A stretch of DNA of 64,000 nucleotides from Candidatus Uhrbacteria bacterium (GCA_963822405.1 CAWGHH010000001.1:293373-357372), one strand, 5' to 3'; shown: positions 45,968-56,149, counted from the stretch's first letter. Made by a program: numbers and translations. The notes: generated by a model not told the origin, from the letters alone.

Positions 45968-47471
45968 TCACACTCGCGGTTTTTTCTGGATCGGCATTTC
46001 CCTTGGTCGCCTTCATCACTTGGCCAACTAGGAATTGGATGAGTTTCACTTCGCCGGCTTTGTAGCGGGTTACTTCTTTTGGATTTTCTTCGACAACCGT
46101 TTCTACGATAGTTTGCAGCGCGGCCATATCGTCCATTCTGGTGGCGCCGAGCTCGTCGACAACGTGTGATGGGTCAGAGCCGTCGTCTAGCATCTTGCCG
46201 AGGACTTCGAGACCCTTCGGTCCGGTGATCCGACCATCGGCGAGTAGCGTTATGAACTCGGCAAAGTTTTCTGGAGTGAGTTTCATGATGCGAACGTCGA
46301 TTTTGCGTTCCTCGAGTAGCCCCATGAGTTTCGACAATAACCAGCCAGAAAATAGTCTGGTGAGTTTTTTGCGTTCGTCCTCCATCTGTTCCGGCGTTGT
46401 ATCTGGTCTAGCCTGAAGCCACGCGCCAAGTTCACTCATGGCGTTTTCCGTGAAGTTCGCAAGGGCTGGGTCGTCCACGATCTGTTTAATGTCGTCATCC
46501 TTAAAACCGTATTCGCGCTTTAGGCGAAGGCGTTTTGCAGCTGGGAGTTCTGGCATTTTGAACCGTATTTCTTTGGTGAGGCTTTCGAGCTCAAGAGGTG
46601 GGATGTCCGGTTCTGGGAAATATCTATAGTCAGCCGAATCTTCTTTCTCGCGCTGACCTTCCGTGATCTGTTTCGCATCATTCCAACCACGAGTAATGGT
46701 GATCTTTGGCGCGTCACCAGCTTGCCAAAGTTCGGTTTGGCGTTTTATCTCGTAGGCAATGGCGCGTTCGATAGCTCTGAACGAGTTAATGTTCTTGATT
46801 TCAGTCTTCGGCGACAGATCCGGTGAAAGTGGCTTGCCGTTTTCGTCGATTTCGCGCATTGAGATGTTCACGTCGCAACGCAAATGACCCTTTTCAAGGT
46901 CGCCCTCGCTAATTCCAAGCGTGCGGACGATTAGACGAATCTCTTGTACATACGCTTTCGCTTCCGCGGCTGTTCGAAAGTCTGGTCGAGTGACGATTTC
47001 GCACAGAGGCGTGCCTCCGCGGTTAAAGTCGACGTAGGTTTTTCCGTTTTCGCCGTGGATATTTTTCGCCGCGTCTTCCTCAAGGTGCATGCGTTCAATG
47101 CGAATGCGGGCTGTTCGACCTTCTGCTGGAATTTCCACATCAAGTTTGCCCTCGCTCATGATTGGCAAGTCGAACTGCGAAATTTGATACGCCTTTGGCA
47201 AGTCTGGGTAGAAATAGTTTTTTCTATCAAATTTGCTCTTTGGTGTAATGCGACCCTCAAGGGCGAGTCCAAGCATGACCGCCCAAGAAACCGCTTGGCG
47301 GTTAGGAGTTGGCAATGTGCCCGGGTGACCAGTGCAGACCGGACAAACGTGCGTATTCGGGGCGGCGTCATCTATATGCGCTGAGCAAGAACAAAAGAGT
47401 TTTGTCTTTGTGTTCAGCTGAACGTGGGTTTCAAGTCCGATGATGGCTTCGAGTTTCATATCAGTTAACAC
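45948..47471 (-). CDS. gatB: Asp-tRNA(Asn)/Glu-tRNA(Gln) amidotransferase subunit B
   Basis: 507 aa. EAIIGLETHVQLNTKTKLFCSC. C-terminal GatB/YqeY domain. Confidence 0.9.
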   Translation of the reverse strand: MLTDMKLEAIIGLETHVQLNTKTKLFCSCSAHIDDAAPNTHVCPVCTGHPGTLPTPNRQAVSWAVMLGLALEGRITPKSKFDRKNYFYPDLPKAYQISQFDLPIMSEGKLDVEIPAEGRTARIRIERMHLEEDAAKNIHGENGKTYVDFNRGGTPLCEIVTRPDFRTAAEAKAYVQEIRLIVRTLGISEGDLEKGHLRCDVNISMREIDENGKPLSPDLSPKTEIKNINSFRAIERAIAYEIKRQTELWQAGDAPKITITRGWNDAKQITEGQREKEDSADYRYFPEPDIPPLELESLTKEIRFKMPELPAAKRLRLKREYGFKDDDIKQIVDDPALANFTENAMSELGAWLQARPDTTPEQMEDERKKLTRLFSGWLLSKLMGLLEERKIDVRIMKLTPENFAEFITLLADGRITGPKGLEVLGKMLDDGSDPSHVVDELGATRMDDMAALQTIVETVVEENPKEVTRYKAGEVKLIQFLVGQVMKATKGNADPEKTASVIKNVLG

Positions 47472-47472
47472 C

Positions 47473-48216
47473 TTACGATTTTCTGAGGCTAAAGTAAAGA
47501 AGCAGTTCGTAGGTCAAAATAAGGGGCATGAAGAGAATTTCTATGATGCTAAGGAGGGCGTTTATCCAGGCTGGGGGAGTGGTGATGATAGTCATTGGGT
47601 CAGTGATGCCGGAGAGGGCAAGAATCGGCCAGAGAATCAAAGAGACGGTTAGAGTTAGCAAAAATGAGAAAGCAAACATTCGCCAAAGGACTGGGAAGAA
47701 ATGACCTTTTACCCGCTCGCGGCTTTGTTCTAGGGCCGAGAACGTGCCAACACCGGTTAAAATAGCTTCTGTTTCAGCAAAGGCAAACCAGACGGTGAAG
47801 ATGATGCCGGGAACTATGAGGAGCAGAAAACCAAACATTTGGAGCACGCCCACTAAGAGTCCTACCCAAAGCAGTGTTGGAGCTCTGCGCCAGGCCAGTT
47901 CACTCACGCTTGTAGCCGCGTCTTTAGGCGCGAGATCCGGTCTAATCGTGCTTGTAACTACGATAGTGATGGCGGCGGTAGCCCAGAGCGAGAGAGCGAA
48001 AAGAGTGATGCCGGACAGAAGATCGACTATCTCGCCAACTTGAGGATCAAGAAAAGATGATGCTAGGCTAGTAAGAACTGGAATAAGTAACCACCCGGCA
48101 AAACCAAGGAGAACAGAAAAATTTGGGGGAGTGGCTAGGAACTTGTACGAAGATTTGAGAAGATCATTAACTCCGGGAAGTGACGATTTAGGCTCGGGTG
48201 TTTCTGAGGCTGTCAT
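47473..48216 (-). CDS. polytopic membrane protein, hypothetical
   Basis: 247 aa with about 6 TM helices. Similar architecture to the upstream gene. Stop and start overlap. Confidence 0.4.
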   Translation of the reverse strand: MTASETPEPKSSLPGVNDLLKSSYKFLATPPNFSVLLGFAGWLLIPVLTSLASSFLDPQVGEIVDLLSGITLFALSLWATAAITIVVTSTIRPDLAPKDAATSVSELAWRRAPTLLWVGLLVGVLQMFGFLLLIVPGIIFTVWFAFAETEAILTGVGTFSALEQSRERVKGHFFPVLWRMFAFSFLLTLTVSLILWPILALSGITDPMTIITTPPAWINALLSIIEILFMPLILTYELLLYFSLRKS

Positions 48217-49048
48217 AAATATAGAAATCCGTTACGGCTAGAAGCGGAACAGAGAGGGCGGTTATGATGGAACTTAGAATAAACCAGGTAGCGTTGCCGA
48301 TTCCTTGGTACAGAGAGCTGTCTGTAAAAATTATCATGAGGATGATGGCCAGCGCCGCTAACAGTAGGAAGTTAAGCACAAAAACCACCAGAGCGTAAAT
48401 AAGCTTCGGGATAACAAAACGGAAGAACGTATCCCACCATCGGCCAGAAACAAGAGAGGCTGAATGTTGGAGCGCTTTGACGCCATGTTCCTTGTTCAAA
48501 ACAAGAGAATACGGAGCAAAGCCGTACTGAATGCTGTATTTGACGAGTAGGACGAAGGAGATGAAGGCACCAACCAGGAGGAGTACTCCGCCAATAGACG
48601 AGAGAACTGAGGAGGTATTCCTAGCGCCGTCAATGAGGATGAGGATTATGCCGAGGAATGGAGGAACTAAGATGGCGGCCACAACCAGACCCACTAAGAC
48701 CGAGATCCAGACATAAGAAAAGAACAGTTTCCAGGCACGCTTGCCTTCAGCTTTTTGATCTCTGGTGGCGCCTGATGCTTGCTCGCCAACCGCAATGATG
48801 ATGCTGAGTAAGGCCCAGGTACTAACTACGGCCAACAAAATAGCCCCAGAATAATTTAGCACTAGAGTGAAAATGTGGAGCGGGGTTGGCTCTGTGTCTA
48901 CCGTGTATGGTTGAAGCAATTTAGCTAGAGCCGCCGGTATTGAGGCGATAACTATCCATGCCGTAATGCTCAAAAGTTCAACAAAATGTTTCCTGTAGTG
49001 AGCAATTGTTTTGTCGATAACTTGCCCAAGAGAGATGAGAGAAGCCAT
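48188..49048 (-). CDS. polytopic membrane protein, hypothetical (tandem paralog-like)
   Basis: 286 aa with about 6 TM helices. Confidence 0.4.
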   Translation of the reverse strand: MASLISLGQVIDKTIAHYRKHFVELLSITAWIVIASIPAALAKLLQPYTVDTEPTPLHIFTLVLNYSGAILLAVVSTWALLSIIIAVGEQASGATRDQKAEGKRAWKLFFSYVWISVLVGLVVAAILVPPFLGIILILIDGARNTSSVLSSIGGVLLLVGAFISFVLLVKYSIQYGFAPYSLVLNKEHGVKALQHSASLVSGRWWDTFFRFVIPKLIYALVVFVLNFLLLAALAIILMIIFTDSSLYQGIGNATWFILSSIITALSVPLLAVTDFYIYDSLRNTRA

Positions 49049-49062
49049 ATGACGGAATTATA

Positions 49063-49485
49063 TCATCCCGTTGTCCCGAATGCCCCTCGGTTCTTCGCGT
49101 TCATTTCGCCATCGATGAGTTCCGGTCTAACAATCGGCACGATCACTCCCTGGACAATACGTTCTCCCTTCTCGATTTTATAAGCTTCCTGGCCGAAATT
49201 ATGCATAAAAGCAAAAATTTCGTCTTCTGGACCACAGTAGTCCATATCGACTACTCCCGTTCCGTTTGCAATGCGAATTCCTTTTTTGGCATTGCTTCCT
49301 CTGGGAAAGAGTAGAAGAACATGGCCTTCTGGAACTTGGACTACTAGACCGGTACGGATTTTCTTTCGTTCTCCAGGTAAAAGGACCACTTCTTCAATGC
49401 TCGCAATATCAAATCCACAGGCACCTTCAGTTTTGTACTCAGGCATTGGGACATCCGGGGTAAGTCTTCGAATAGTGACTTGCAT
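49063..49485 (-). CDS. dut: dUTP diphosphatase
   Basis: ORF-track 49063-49509. Likely start MQVTIRRL (codon 9). ACGFDIAS, LFPRGSNAKKG and VVDMDYCGPEDE match dUTPase motifs. Confidence 0.75.
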   Translation of the reverse strand: MQVTIRRLTPDVPMPEYKTEGACGFDIASIEEVVLLPGERKKIRTGLVVQVPEGHVLLLFPRGSNAKKGIRIANGTGVVDMDYCGPEDEIFAFMHNFGQEAYKIEKGERIVQGVIVPIVRPELIDGEMNAKNRGAFGTTG

Positions 49486-49561
49486 AGAAATAGGAAAGCC
49501 GACGTACAAGCATGGGGTGCGTCGGCTTCAGAGCCGAATGTGCCATCACCCGGGAAACAAA

Positions 49562-50088
49562 TCAACGAGGAGATGTGGACAGATGCGTTGTGAACCGTAA
49601 AAGGGCACTTGTTTCGCCTAACTTTTCCGCACTTAAGAGTTTGAAGGAAAAATCTCTTTGTAGAATTTGGGCGAGTGGGACGCCGGAAAAGAATAATTGA
49701 GCTTCTACGGTAAGGGCGAGCTCGTCCACTAGATCAGCATTCAAGAATTGAGAGTACACGCTTGATCCGCCAGCGATTACTACTGATGTAAAGCCACGTG
49801 TTTCTAGGTTTTGCAGAATAATTCGTAGATTACCCGAAGCAGTTTCTACACTTCCTGGAACCGTTTGCACATCGACTGGGTTTTCTGTCAGTACGATGAT
49901 CAGCCTGCCTGGTAGTGGTTTGCCAATAGTGGCAAAAGTTGTCCGGCCCATGATCATGACGCCAGCTTTTTTAGTTTCTTCGACAAAGAATTTCTTGTCT
50001 TCCTTACTGGTCCAATCCGCCAGTTCATTAGTATTTCGAGCAATAAATCCGTTGGCGGTAATAGCGGCGAGGAGAATGACATGCATAG
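49562..50088 (-). CDS. folA: dihydrofolate reductase (FolA type)
   Basis: ORF-track 49562-50446. The likely real start is MHVILLAAITANGFIA (codon 121); the upstream extension overlaps the HIT gene on the other strand. IMGRTTFATIGKPLPGRLIIVLT and GGSSVYSQFL match DHFR. Confidence 0.7.
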
Positions 50089-50175
50089 GAATTTTTTCAA
50101 GAGTATGCGCGAGGAGTTCGGTCTTGTCTATGTATTGAAACGTTGATAATCTCCTCTGGCTAATTAGGAGGCCGA

Positions 50176-50682
50176 ATGTCCGACGATACGACGAGGGACG
50201 AGAAAGAGTTGCCGGCTTGGATGTTGAGCCCCGTGGCCAACACGGACTATGCCAAACGCAGTCCGGCGTACTACGCTCAATTGCTTGAGTCTGAGCGAAC
50301 CGGTCAGTGCATCTTCTGTGCTCCGGGATTCCCGAATGATCAGCGGATCGTTTGGGAGGGGCACGGATGGGTGCTGTGTGAATGCCGGCCGCGCCGGAGA
50401 GACAAAGAGGGCGTTGAGGTGGAGGATCACCTCTTGTTCTATCCACGCGCTCACGGCGAGGGCATGAACAGTGAGGACTGGGCTGCGCTTGGCGCTGCGT
50501 ACGAGTTCATCACGACTGTGCTCGGGTGGACGGGCGGTGGGCTTGGTTGGCGGTTTGGGGATCCCGCGATCTCTGGGCGAACGATCGTTCATCGCCACAT
50601 GCACTTCCTCCGCCCGCGACAGAAGTTCCACGAAGACCCCGGGGTGACCCGCGCCGTAGCGGTGGACTTCCCGATCGGTTAG
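50176..50682 (+). CDS. HIT-superfamily protein with CxxC (GC-rich)
   Basis: 168 aa. CIFCAPGF. Histidine triad VHRHMHFLRP. GGAGG before the ATG. Overlapped by a longer, presumably spurious antisense ORF (50164-50871). Confidence 0.55.
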   Translation: MSDDTTRDEKELPAWMLSPVANTDYAKRSPAYYAQLLESERTGQCIFCAPGFPNDQRIVWEGHGWVLCECRPRRRDKEGVEVEDHLLFYPRAHGEGMNSEDWAALGAAYEFITTVLGWTGGGLGWRFGDPAISGRTIVHRHMHFLRPRQKFHEDPGVTRAVAVDFPIG

Positions 50683-50706
50683 AGCGTACGCCACGTTTCT
50701 CCTTTT

Positions 50707-50746
50707 GACCCGTTGCGTTATGCGCAACGGGTCTTTGTATTGGTTT
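50707..50746 (+). terminator. rho-independent terminator (GACCCGTTGCG-TTATG-CGCAACGGGTC + TTTGTATTGGTTT)
   Basis: Perfect 11-bp stem plus T-rich tail, read directly. Confidence 0.5.
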
Positions 50747-50826
50747 GGGTTATCCCCATGTGCATGTAGGGGTCGACCCGTGCGTCGACCCTTGCTAATA
50801 TGCGGTAAGAATGAATTTTCGCCAAT

Positions 50827-51720
50827 ATGATGAAGCCTTACGGTGAACGCACGCCAGACCGTCAGTATCACGATCTCCTTGAGCGCATTATGCGTGAAGG
50901 GGTAGAGGTTTCGCCTATCCAGGGGGAGAAGTCAAAGATGGTACTTGGTCATCAGATGCGTTTTGCTTTTTCGAATGGTTTCCCGATGATTACGGAGCGC
51001 GACTTGTCCGGTAAGTTCATGGTCGGCGCGTTGGCCGAGCATATTGCGTTCCTGCACGGCGCTCGCACGCAAGCTGAGCTGACGGAGTGGGGTTGTGCCT
51101 GGTGGAAGCGCTGGGTCACTAAAGAGCGTTGCGATATTTTCGGCTTGCCTGAGGGTGACCTTGGTCCCGGTTCTTATGGTTCAGCTTGGACGGCGTTTCC
51201 AACGGCGGAAGGCATGCCATTTAATCAGATCAAAGAAGTCGTTCAGCAGATCAAAGACAAGCCGAACTTACGCACTCATATTATTTCTCCTTGGATTCCG
51301 CAGTATTGTATTCAGAACTCGACGCTCCCGCCCCGCAAAGTTGTTGTCGCTCCGTGCCACGGCTATTTGCATATTCTTGTTTACCCGGAGACGAAGGAAA
51401 TTTCGGTTCATCACTTTCAGCGTTCCGGCGACATTCCAGTTGGCGTTGTATTTAACATGATCCAGTACGCTTCTTTCCTGATGATGATCGGTCAAGTCAC
51501 TGGTTACACGCCAAAAGAACTCGTCTATACGATCAGCGACGCGCATATCTATGAGAGCCAGTACGAGAAAGTGAAGGAGCTACTCGCCCGCGAGCCAAAG
51601 CCATTCCCGACCATGACCATGGATTCTTCTATCACCGATATTTTCGCTTTTAGACCAGAACATTTCGTTGTCAGTGAGTACGAGGCGCATCCAGCCATGG
51701 TAATTCCGACGCCAGTATGA
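50827..51720 (+). CDS. thyA: thymidylate synthase (ThyA, folate-dependent)
   Basis: 297 aa. Active-site VVAPCHGYLHILVY (PCH motif). dUMP-binding residues. Confidence 0.85.
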   Translation: MMKPYGERTPDRQYHDLLERIMREGVEVSPIQGEKSKMVLGHQMRFAFSNGFPMITERDLSGKFMVGALAEHIAFLHGARTQAELTEWGCAWWKRWVTKERCDIFGLPEGDLGPGSYGSAWTAFPTAEGMPFNQIKEVVQQIKDKPNLRTHIISPWIPQYCIQNSTLPPRKVVVAPCHGYLHILVYPETKEISVHHFQRSGDIPVGVVFNMIQYASFLMMIGQVTGYTPKELVYTISDAHIYESQYEKVKELLAREPKPFPTMTMDSSITDIFAFRPEHFVVSEYEAHPAMVIPTPV

Positions 51721-52157
51721 GCTTTGTGAATCCGAATAACTCAAAGCGCGGCGACTACGCAAAAGTAATTGACGACATAGCCAAAGAAAAAATCTGTCCT
51801 TTTTGTGCTGAACATATTCATCGAATTCATCCGAATCCAATTGTTGAAAAGACTTACTGGCTAGTGACAGATAATGCGTATCCGTATAAACCGGTAAAAC
51901 AGCACATTCTTCTGGTGTACAGAGCGCACATTGAACACGTCAGTGAATTGTCGAAGGAGGCCTGGAGTGAGTTGCAGGATATTATTGTCGAGCTATCTGT
52001 GGCCAGGGGTATTCTCGGCGGGGCTTTGATGATGCGTTTCGGTGAAACTAAATACACCGGAGCTTCCGTCACGCACCTACACGCCCAGCTCGTCCAAGGA
52101 GATCCTGAGAGTCCTGAATACGATCCGACGAAGGGAGTCATGTGTAGAATCGGTTAG
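51717..52157 (+). CDS. HIT-like superfamily protein (paralog of 50176-50682)
   Basis: 146 aa. ICPFCAE. HLHAQLVQG (variant triad). 4-bp overlap with the thyA stop. Confidence 0.45.
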   Translation: MSFVNPNNSKRGDYAKVIDDIAKEKICPFCAEHIHRIHPNPIVEKTYWLVTDNAYPYKPVKQHILLVYRAHIEHVSELSKEAWSELQDIIVELSVARGILGGALMMRFGETKYTGASVTHLHAQLVQGDPESPEYDPTKGVMCRIG

Positions 52158-52519
52158 GTGAATATCCATACTGACCTGATTCTTCTATTTAAGAGGGGGT
52201 AGACCCTGACGCCAGGAAGGGTCTAGAGGTGATGCTATTGGAATGTGCATTTCTCGGCGGGGAGGGTCCTTGATGGCACGAGAAACTTCTATCTGAAAAC
52301 ATTGAGCTGTGTTAAATGCCGCGGGTCTCCTCGATGAGATACAAAGAAAAGGATGCTGATGCGTTTAGTGACTTCAAGATACAGATTTTCTTTTCTGCAA
52401 ACCGTCCTCCAGGTGTACACTTGCGGTACACCAGATTCGAGTGCTCCAACAGAACAATACCTACCCCGACACTCTACAAAAAATCACTCACGCCCTTCTT
52501 CCTTTAAAAGAATCTCCTC

Positions 52520-53377
52520 TTATTGCACTAGTACGATCTCGACATTGAACGCTTTAAAGATTTGCTCAGCATCTACTCTTGAATATCCCTTCTCATAATA
52601 AACTTTCGAAATTCCTGCTTCGCAAATCAAACGGGCGCAGTTGGGGCAGGGGAAGACCGTTGAATAGAGAGACGAGCCTTGAAGGGCGATGCCGTCACGA
52701 GCGGCTTGAGCAATGGCGCTTGCTTCGGCGTGAATTGCCGTGCAGATGTCCAGGTTAGTTCCGGCGTCAAAATTGCTTCGTGGGTCACTGTGCGCTGCCA
52801 GGTGATAGTCCGTTGGCAGATGTCGGTTATGCGCCTTCGCTACCATCATGCCGTCCCGGACAATCACTACGCCAACTTGCCGCCACCAGTCGGCGCTCTT
52901 TGCAGATTCGTCGGTTGCCAGGTGAATGAAATGATTGTGCAGTTCTTCGTGCGTGATAACTCGATTAGGGTCAACGACATGTTCGGCCGTAGTAATCTGC
53001 TTGTCCCAGCGCAAGAACACAGGTTCAAAAATCACTTCAGCATTTGGAAAATACTGCGCATGAATTGCGTGCGAAACGTCGTCTTCTGGCATGATGAGTG
53101 ACTGCCCGTCGAGCGTCTCGAGGCTCGATTTATTCATGACGAACACCTCATCAAAAAGCTCCAGTGCAAAAACAGCTTTACGCATCTCGGCCGGATCAAT
53201 CACTCGCAGATCCCTTGTGAGCGAAGTGAAATCCGCAATGACATCAGCGCCAAGAATCCCGAGTTGCCCCGGATATTTTCTGAATAGCTCTACATAGCCT
53301 TTATGAAGCACCGGCACGAACGCGATGAGCATATTCTTACTCGCCAATTTGCTGGAGAAATTTAGCAATAAGCTCAT
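52520..53377 (-). CDS. dCMP/cytidine deaminase family protein with N-terminal extension
   Basis: 285 aa. Zinc ligands HAEASAI...PCPNCARLI (CDA fold HAE/PCxxC). Confidence 0.7.
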   Translation of the reverse strand: MSLLLNFSSKLASKNMLIAFVPVLHKGYVELFRKYPGQLGILGADVIADFTSLTRDLRVIDPAEMRKAVFALELFDEVFVMNKSSLETLDGQSLIMPEDDVSHAIHAQYFPNAEVIFEPVFLRWDKQITTAEHVVDPNRVITHEELHNHFIHLATDESAKSADWWRQVGVVIVRDGMMVAKAHNRHLPTDYHLAAHSDPRSNFDAGTNLDICTAIHAEASAIAQAARDGIALQGSSLYSTVFPCPNCARLICEAGISKVYYEKGYSRVDAEQIFKAFNVEIVLVQ

Positions 53378-53906
53378 TCACTTCTTTGGCGAGCTTTTCA
53401 GCCCCTTCGATTGTTAGGTTTCTAATTCGCGCAGTCGTCGTTGTTGTTGCTTGTGCTGGAAGAACTACGATTTCACCACAGCAATCTTTATACTCGTTTA
53501 TGTGCTCTTGACTCACGTCTTTAGTCGAGCCAGAGAAGACCATGACATCAGGTCGAATATTATTAATAACATCACCCAGCCCCTCGCTTGCTTCTTTGAT
53601 GGTCACAATATCAACATGGCGCAGATGCAATAGCATGTTCACGCGTTCGTTTTGTGGGACGATCGGGCGCTTTGGTCCTTTGCGCATGCGCGTCAGCTCG
53701 TCAGAATCAACAGCTACAATTAAAACATCGCCCAGTGCCTTTGCCTTTTCGAGGTACAGCGCGTGCCCCTCGTGGATAAGGTCATAAACGCCTTGAGTGA
53801 GGACTACTTTCATCCCCAAATTCTTCATGCTTTGCACGATTTTTTGCAGTTCAGCCTTATCCGTAATATAGCGTTGGGGGATGTTCATACGCACACACCT
53901 TAGCAA
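53337..53906 (-). CDS. HIGH-motif nucleotidyltransferase (NMN/heptose-phosphate adenylyltransferase or cytidylyltransferase-like)
   Basis: 189 aa. LTQGVYDLIHEGHALYL ((H/T)xGH motif). Rossmann-like fold. Confidence 0.6.
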   Translation of the reverse strand: MLRCVRMNIPQRYITDKAELQKIVQSMKNLGMKVVLTQGVYDLIHEGHALYLEKAKALGDVLIVAVDSDELTRMRKGPKRPIVPQNERVNMLLHLRHVDIVTIKEASEGLGDVINNIRPDVMVFSGSTKDVSQEHINEYKDCCGEIVVLPAQATTTTTARIRNLTIEGAEKLAKEVNELIAKFLQQIGE

Positions 53907-53912
53907 GTCAGA

Positions 53913-54899
53913 TTATGGGGGAGAAGGGCGGGTGTGCATGAGTTTTTCCCGGGCGTCAGCTTGGTAATCAATAATATTTGAAGCGTAAAGAGGATTAGCT
54001 GTTTTCCAGTCTTGGCCATTGTAGAAACTGGCAAACTCGTCAGCATGTTTCTCAAGTGGCAGAATAGAGCGCAGTTTCGCGTCAGAATTTCCACTTTTCT
54101 CTATAAGAAAAGCTAGGCACAGTTTTGCGGCATTTACTGGATTATACGTTTGACCTCTAGTCAGCTGAAGTTTTTGTCTGGCCTCTAATCCCTCGCCTTC
54201 GTCGAGTATATGAAAATACGAATATGAGAACGCGTGGTGAGTTGGCTGATAGAGATGTTGTTCAAAATCTCCAATATGCTCTTTTCCTGATTCTTGCTTG
54301 GCAATGGCTGCCAGTGAGGCAATTAGGTCTTTTTCGGAGATAATCTTCAAGATGTGATTGATGCCATCTCGGTATTCTGGATTTAGTTTCATTTCATGAA
54401 TCGCTCGACGAGCATATTCTGAAAAATCCTCATCACTAATTATTCTCTCGGCATTTTTTTGGGGAATTGGAATCTCTCTTGCGTCCAGCAAATCTTTATC
54501 ATCGATATTGAACGAGACGAGCCGGCGATTTTGTTTTTTTAAGTAAGAATACTGTGGGTATTTGGTTAGCTTTTCTTTAATGCTTGCTACAGTGTCTCCT
54601 GGTACGACCTCGTAAAAATCAAGTCCGATATCATGAAAAATTACCTCGCCATGTTCTAGCGTTTCCGTTCGAAGCCTTCGTTCCTCCTCAGAGAATTCGC
54701 CATTTTCGACTTCACGAAATGCATCGTCATCAAGCGCAATCACGTCGAATTTTCCTGGATGAGAATCGGGGATGGACTCGTCTTTTATTGGATTCATCCC
54801 GAGCGTACCGAGTAATGCAAAGTTACGCGCTGTTCTTTGCCAGCGGGCTATTCGGGTTGGTTCTTCGATATATGGTTTTCCTCGACCGACTTCTAACAT
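53913..54899 (-). CDS. hypothetical protein with a LysM-like segment
   Basis: 328 aa. YEVVPGDTVASIKEKL resembles the LysM core. The rest is uncharacterised. Confidence 0.35.
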   Translation of the reverse strand: MLEVGRGKPYIEEPTRIARWQRTARNFALLGTLGMNPIKDESIPDSHPGKFDVIALDDDAFREVENGEFSEEERRLRTETLEHGEVIFHDIGLDFYEVVPGDTVASIKEKLTKYPQYSYLKKQNRRLVSFNIDDKDLLDAREIPIPQKNAERIISDEDFSEYARRAIHEMKLNPEYRDGINHILKIISEKDLIASLAAIAKQESGKEHIGDFEQHLYQPTHHAFSYSYFHILDEGEGLEARQKLQLTRGQTYNPVNAAKLCLAFLIEKSGNSDAKLRSILPLEKHADEFASFYNGQDWKTANPLYASNIIDYQADAREKLMHTRPSPP

Positions 54900-54979
54900 A
54901 TATGAGCAGTATAAACTAAAAGACCCAAGGACCGTATTTTGGTTCTTGGATCTTTTTCTCCTTTTTGCTTGATTCTGTT

Positions 54980-55666
54980 TTACAGTCCAGCAACTTCCAA
55001 ACGAACTGCAGGGCCCATGGTGGACGTCATAGTGACGGACTTCATGAAGATACCCTTTGAGCTCTGTGGCTTGGAACGGCTGATAGCGTCAATAGCTGCG
55101 TTAGCATTTGAAACTAGCTTCTCTGCGTCAAACGAAGCCTTGCCAATGATCATGTGAACGTTGGCAGTGTTGTCGTTCTTGAAGGAGAGCTTACCGGCCT
55201 TCTGTTCCTCAATCATCTTGCTGATGTTTGGGCCAACAGTGTCAGTCTTTGGGTTAGGCATGAGTCCGCGAGGTCCAAGGATCTTAGCGGCGCGGGCGAG
55301 CTTAGGCATCATGCTAGGAACGGCAACCGCGACTTCGAAGTCGATTTTGCCAGTCTTAACTAGGTTCTCAAGATACTCTTCAGTACCAATGATATCTGCG
55401 CCAGCGGCCTTAGCAGCGGCTTCGTTAGCTGCGTCAACGAAGGCAATAACCTTCTTGCTCTTGCCCGTCCCGTGTGGGAGGGTGATCGTACCGCGGATGA
55501 GCTGGTCGCCCATCTTTGGATCAATACCGAGGTTGAAGTGCAATTCTACGGTTTCGTCGAATTTTGCAGTTGCATCCTTTTTCACTAGCTCAACCGCGTC
55601 CTTAATGGCGTAGGCTTTGCTCTTTTCTACTGTAGCTTTTAATTCTGAGAAGCGTTTACCGTGCAT
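54980..55666 (-). CDS. rplA: 50S ribosomal protein L1
   Basis: 228 aa. FDETVELHFNLGIDPK...RGTITLPHGTGKS. Confidence 0.9.
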   Translation of the reverse strand: MHGKRFSELKATVEKSKAYAIKDAVELVKKDATAKFDETVELHFNLGIDPKMGDQLIRGTITLPHGTGKSKKVIAFVDAANEAAAKAAGADIIGTEEYLENLVKTGKIDFEVAVAVPSMMPKLARAAKILGPRGLMPNPKTDTVGPNISKMIEEQKAGKLSFKNDNTANVHMIIGKASFDAEKLVSNANAAIDAISRSKPQSSKGIFMKSVTMTSTMGPAVRLEVAGL

Positions 55667-55732
55667 ATGTTTGGTGTGGTATTAGTGCTCTTTTGGAGCT
55701 CCCACGATGGACGTGGCAAGCCACGTCCTTAC

Positions 55733-56149
55733 TTATTTAGATTCTTTTCTTTCCTCTAACCAATCCTTATACACAAACCGGAAGTGAAGTCCGAACAGAG
55801 GCAGGGCAATGATGATTAGAGCGATGTCATGGATGGCGTTCGTTGCTTTCATGCGACGATAGTTTTCCACGTTCGTTACATTTCGCGCTTCACAGTCTTT
55901 GCGCAGGGCCGCTTCGTCTGGCTTCACATAGTCTTTAGTCATCGGCACAGGTGCGGCCGGATAGCCCATGAGAACGTTAGAACAGTTCTCAAGGTAATCC
56001 GGAACGTCAGCCACTTTGAAGATATAACTCTTCAGGCCGAGTGACACAAGATCAATCGCTCCAAACATTAGCGTGACGAGCGTGATCGCCGAGATGACGG
56101 CGAAGTACAAACGTAGAATCCATGATGAGCCTTTGGTCATAGGCCTCAA
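55733..56149 (-). CDS. hypothetical membrane protein inserted between rplK and rplA
   Basis: 138 aa with 3 hydrophobic helices. Confidence 0.35.
   Translation of the reverse strand: MRPMTKGSSWILRLYFAVISAITLVTLMFGAIDLVSLGLKSYIFKVADVPDYLENCSNVLMGYPAAPVPMTKDYVKPDEAALRKDCEARNVTNVENYRRMKATNAIHDIALIIIALPLFGLHFRFVYKDWLEERKESK

Noticed and set aside
49896-50446. Long N-terminal extension of the folA ORF (MDRTRGDPPPQRP...)
   Set aside because: No similarity to DHFR. It overlaps the opposite-strand HIT gene. The DHFR homology starts at MHVILLAAITANG.
50164-50871. 235-aa minus-strand ORF antisense to the HIT gene
   Set aside because: The GC-rich region gives long spurious antisense frames. The plus-strand ORF has the histidine triad and a GGAGG ribosome-binding site.
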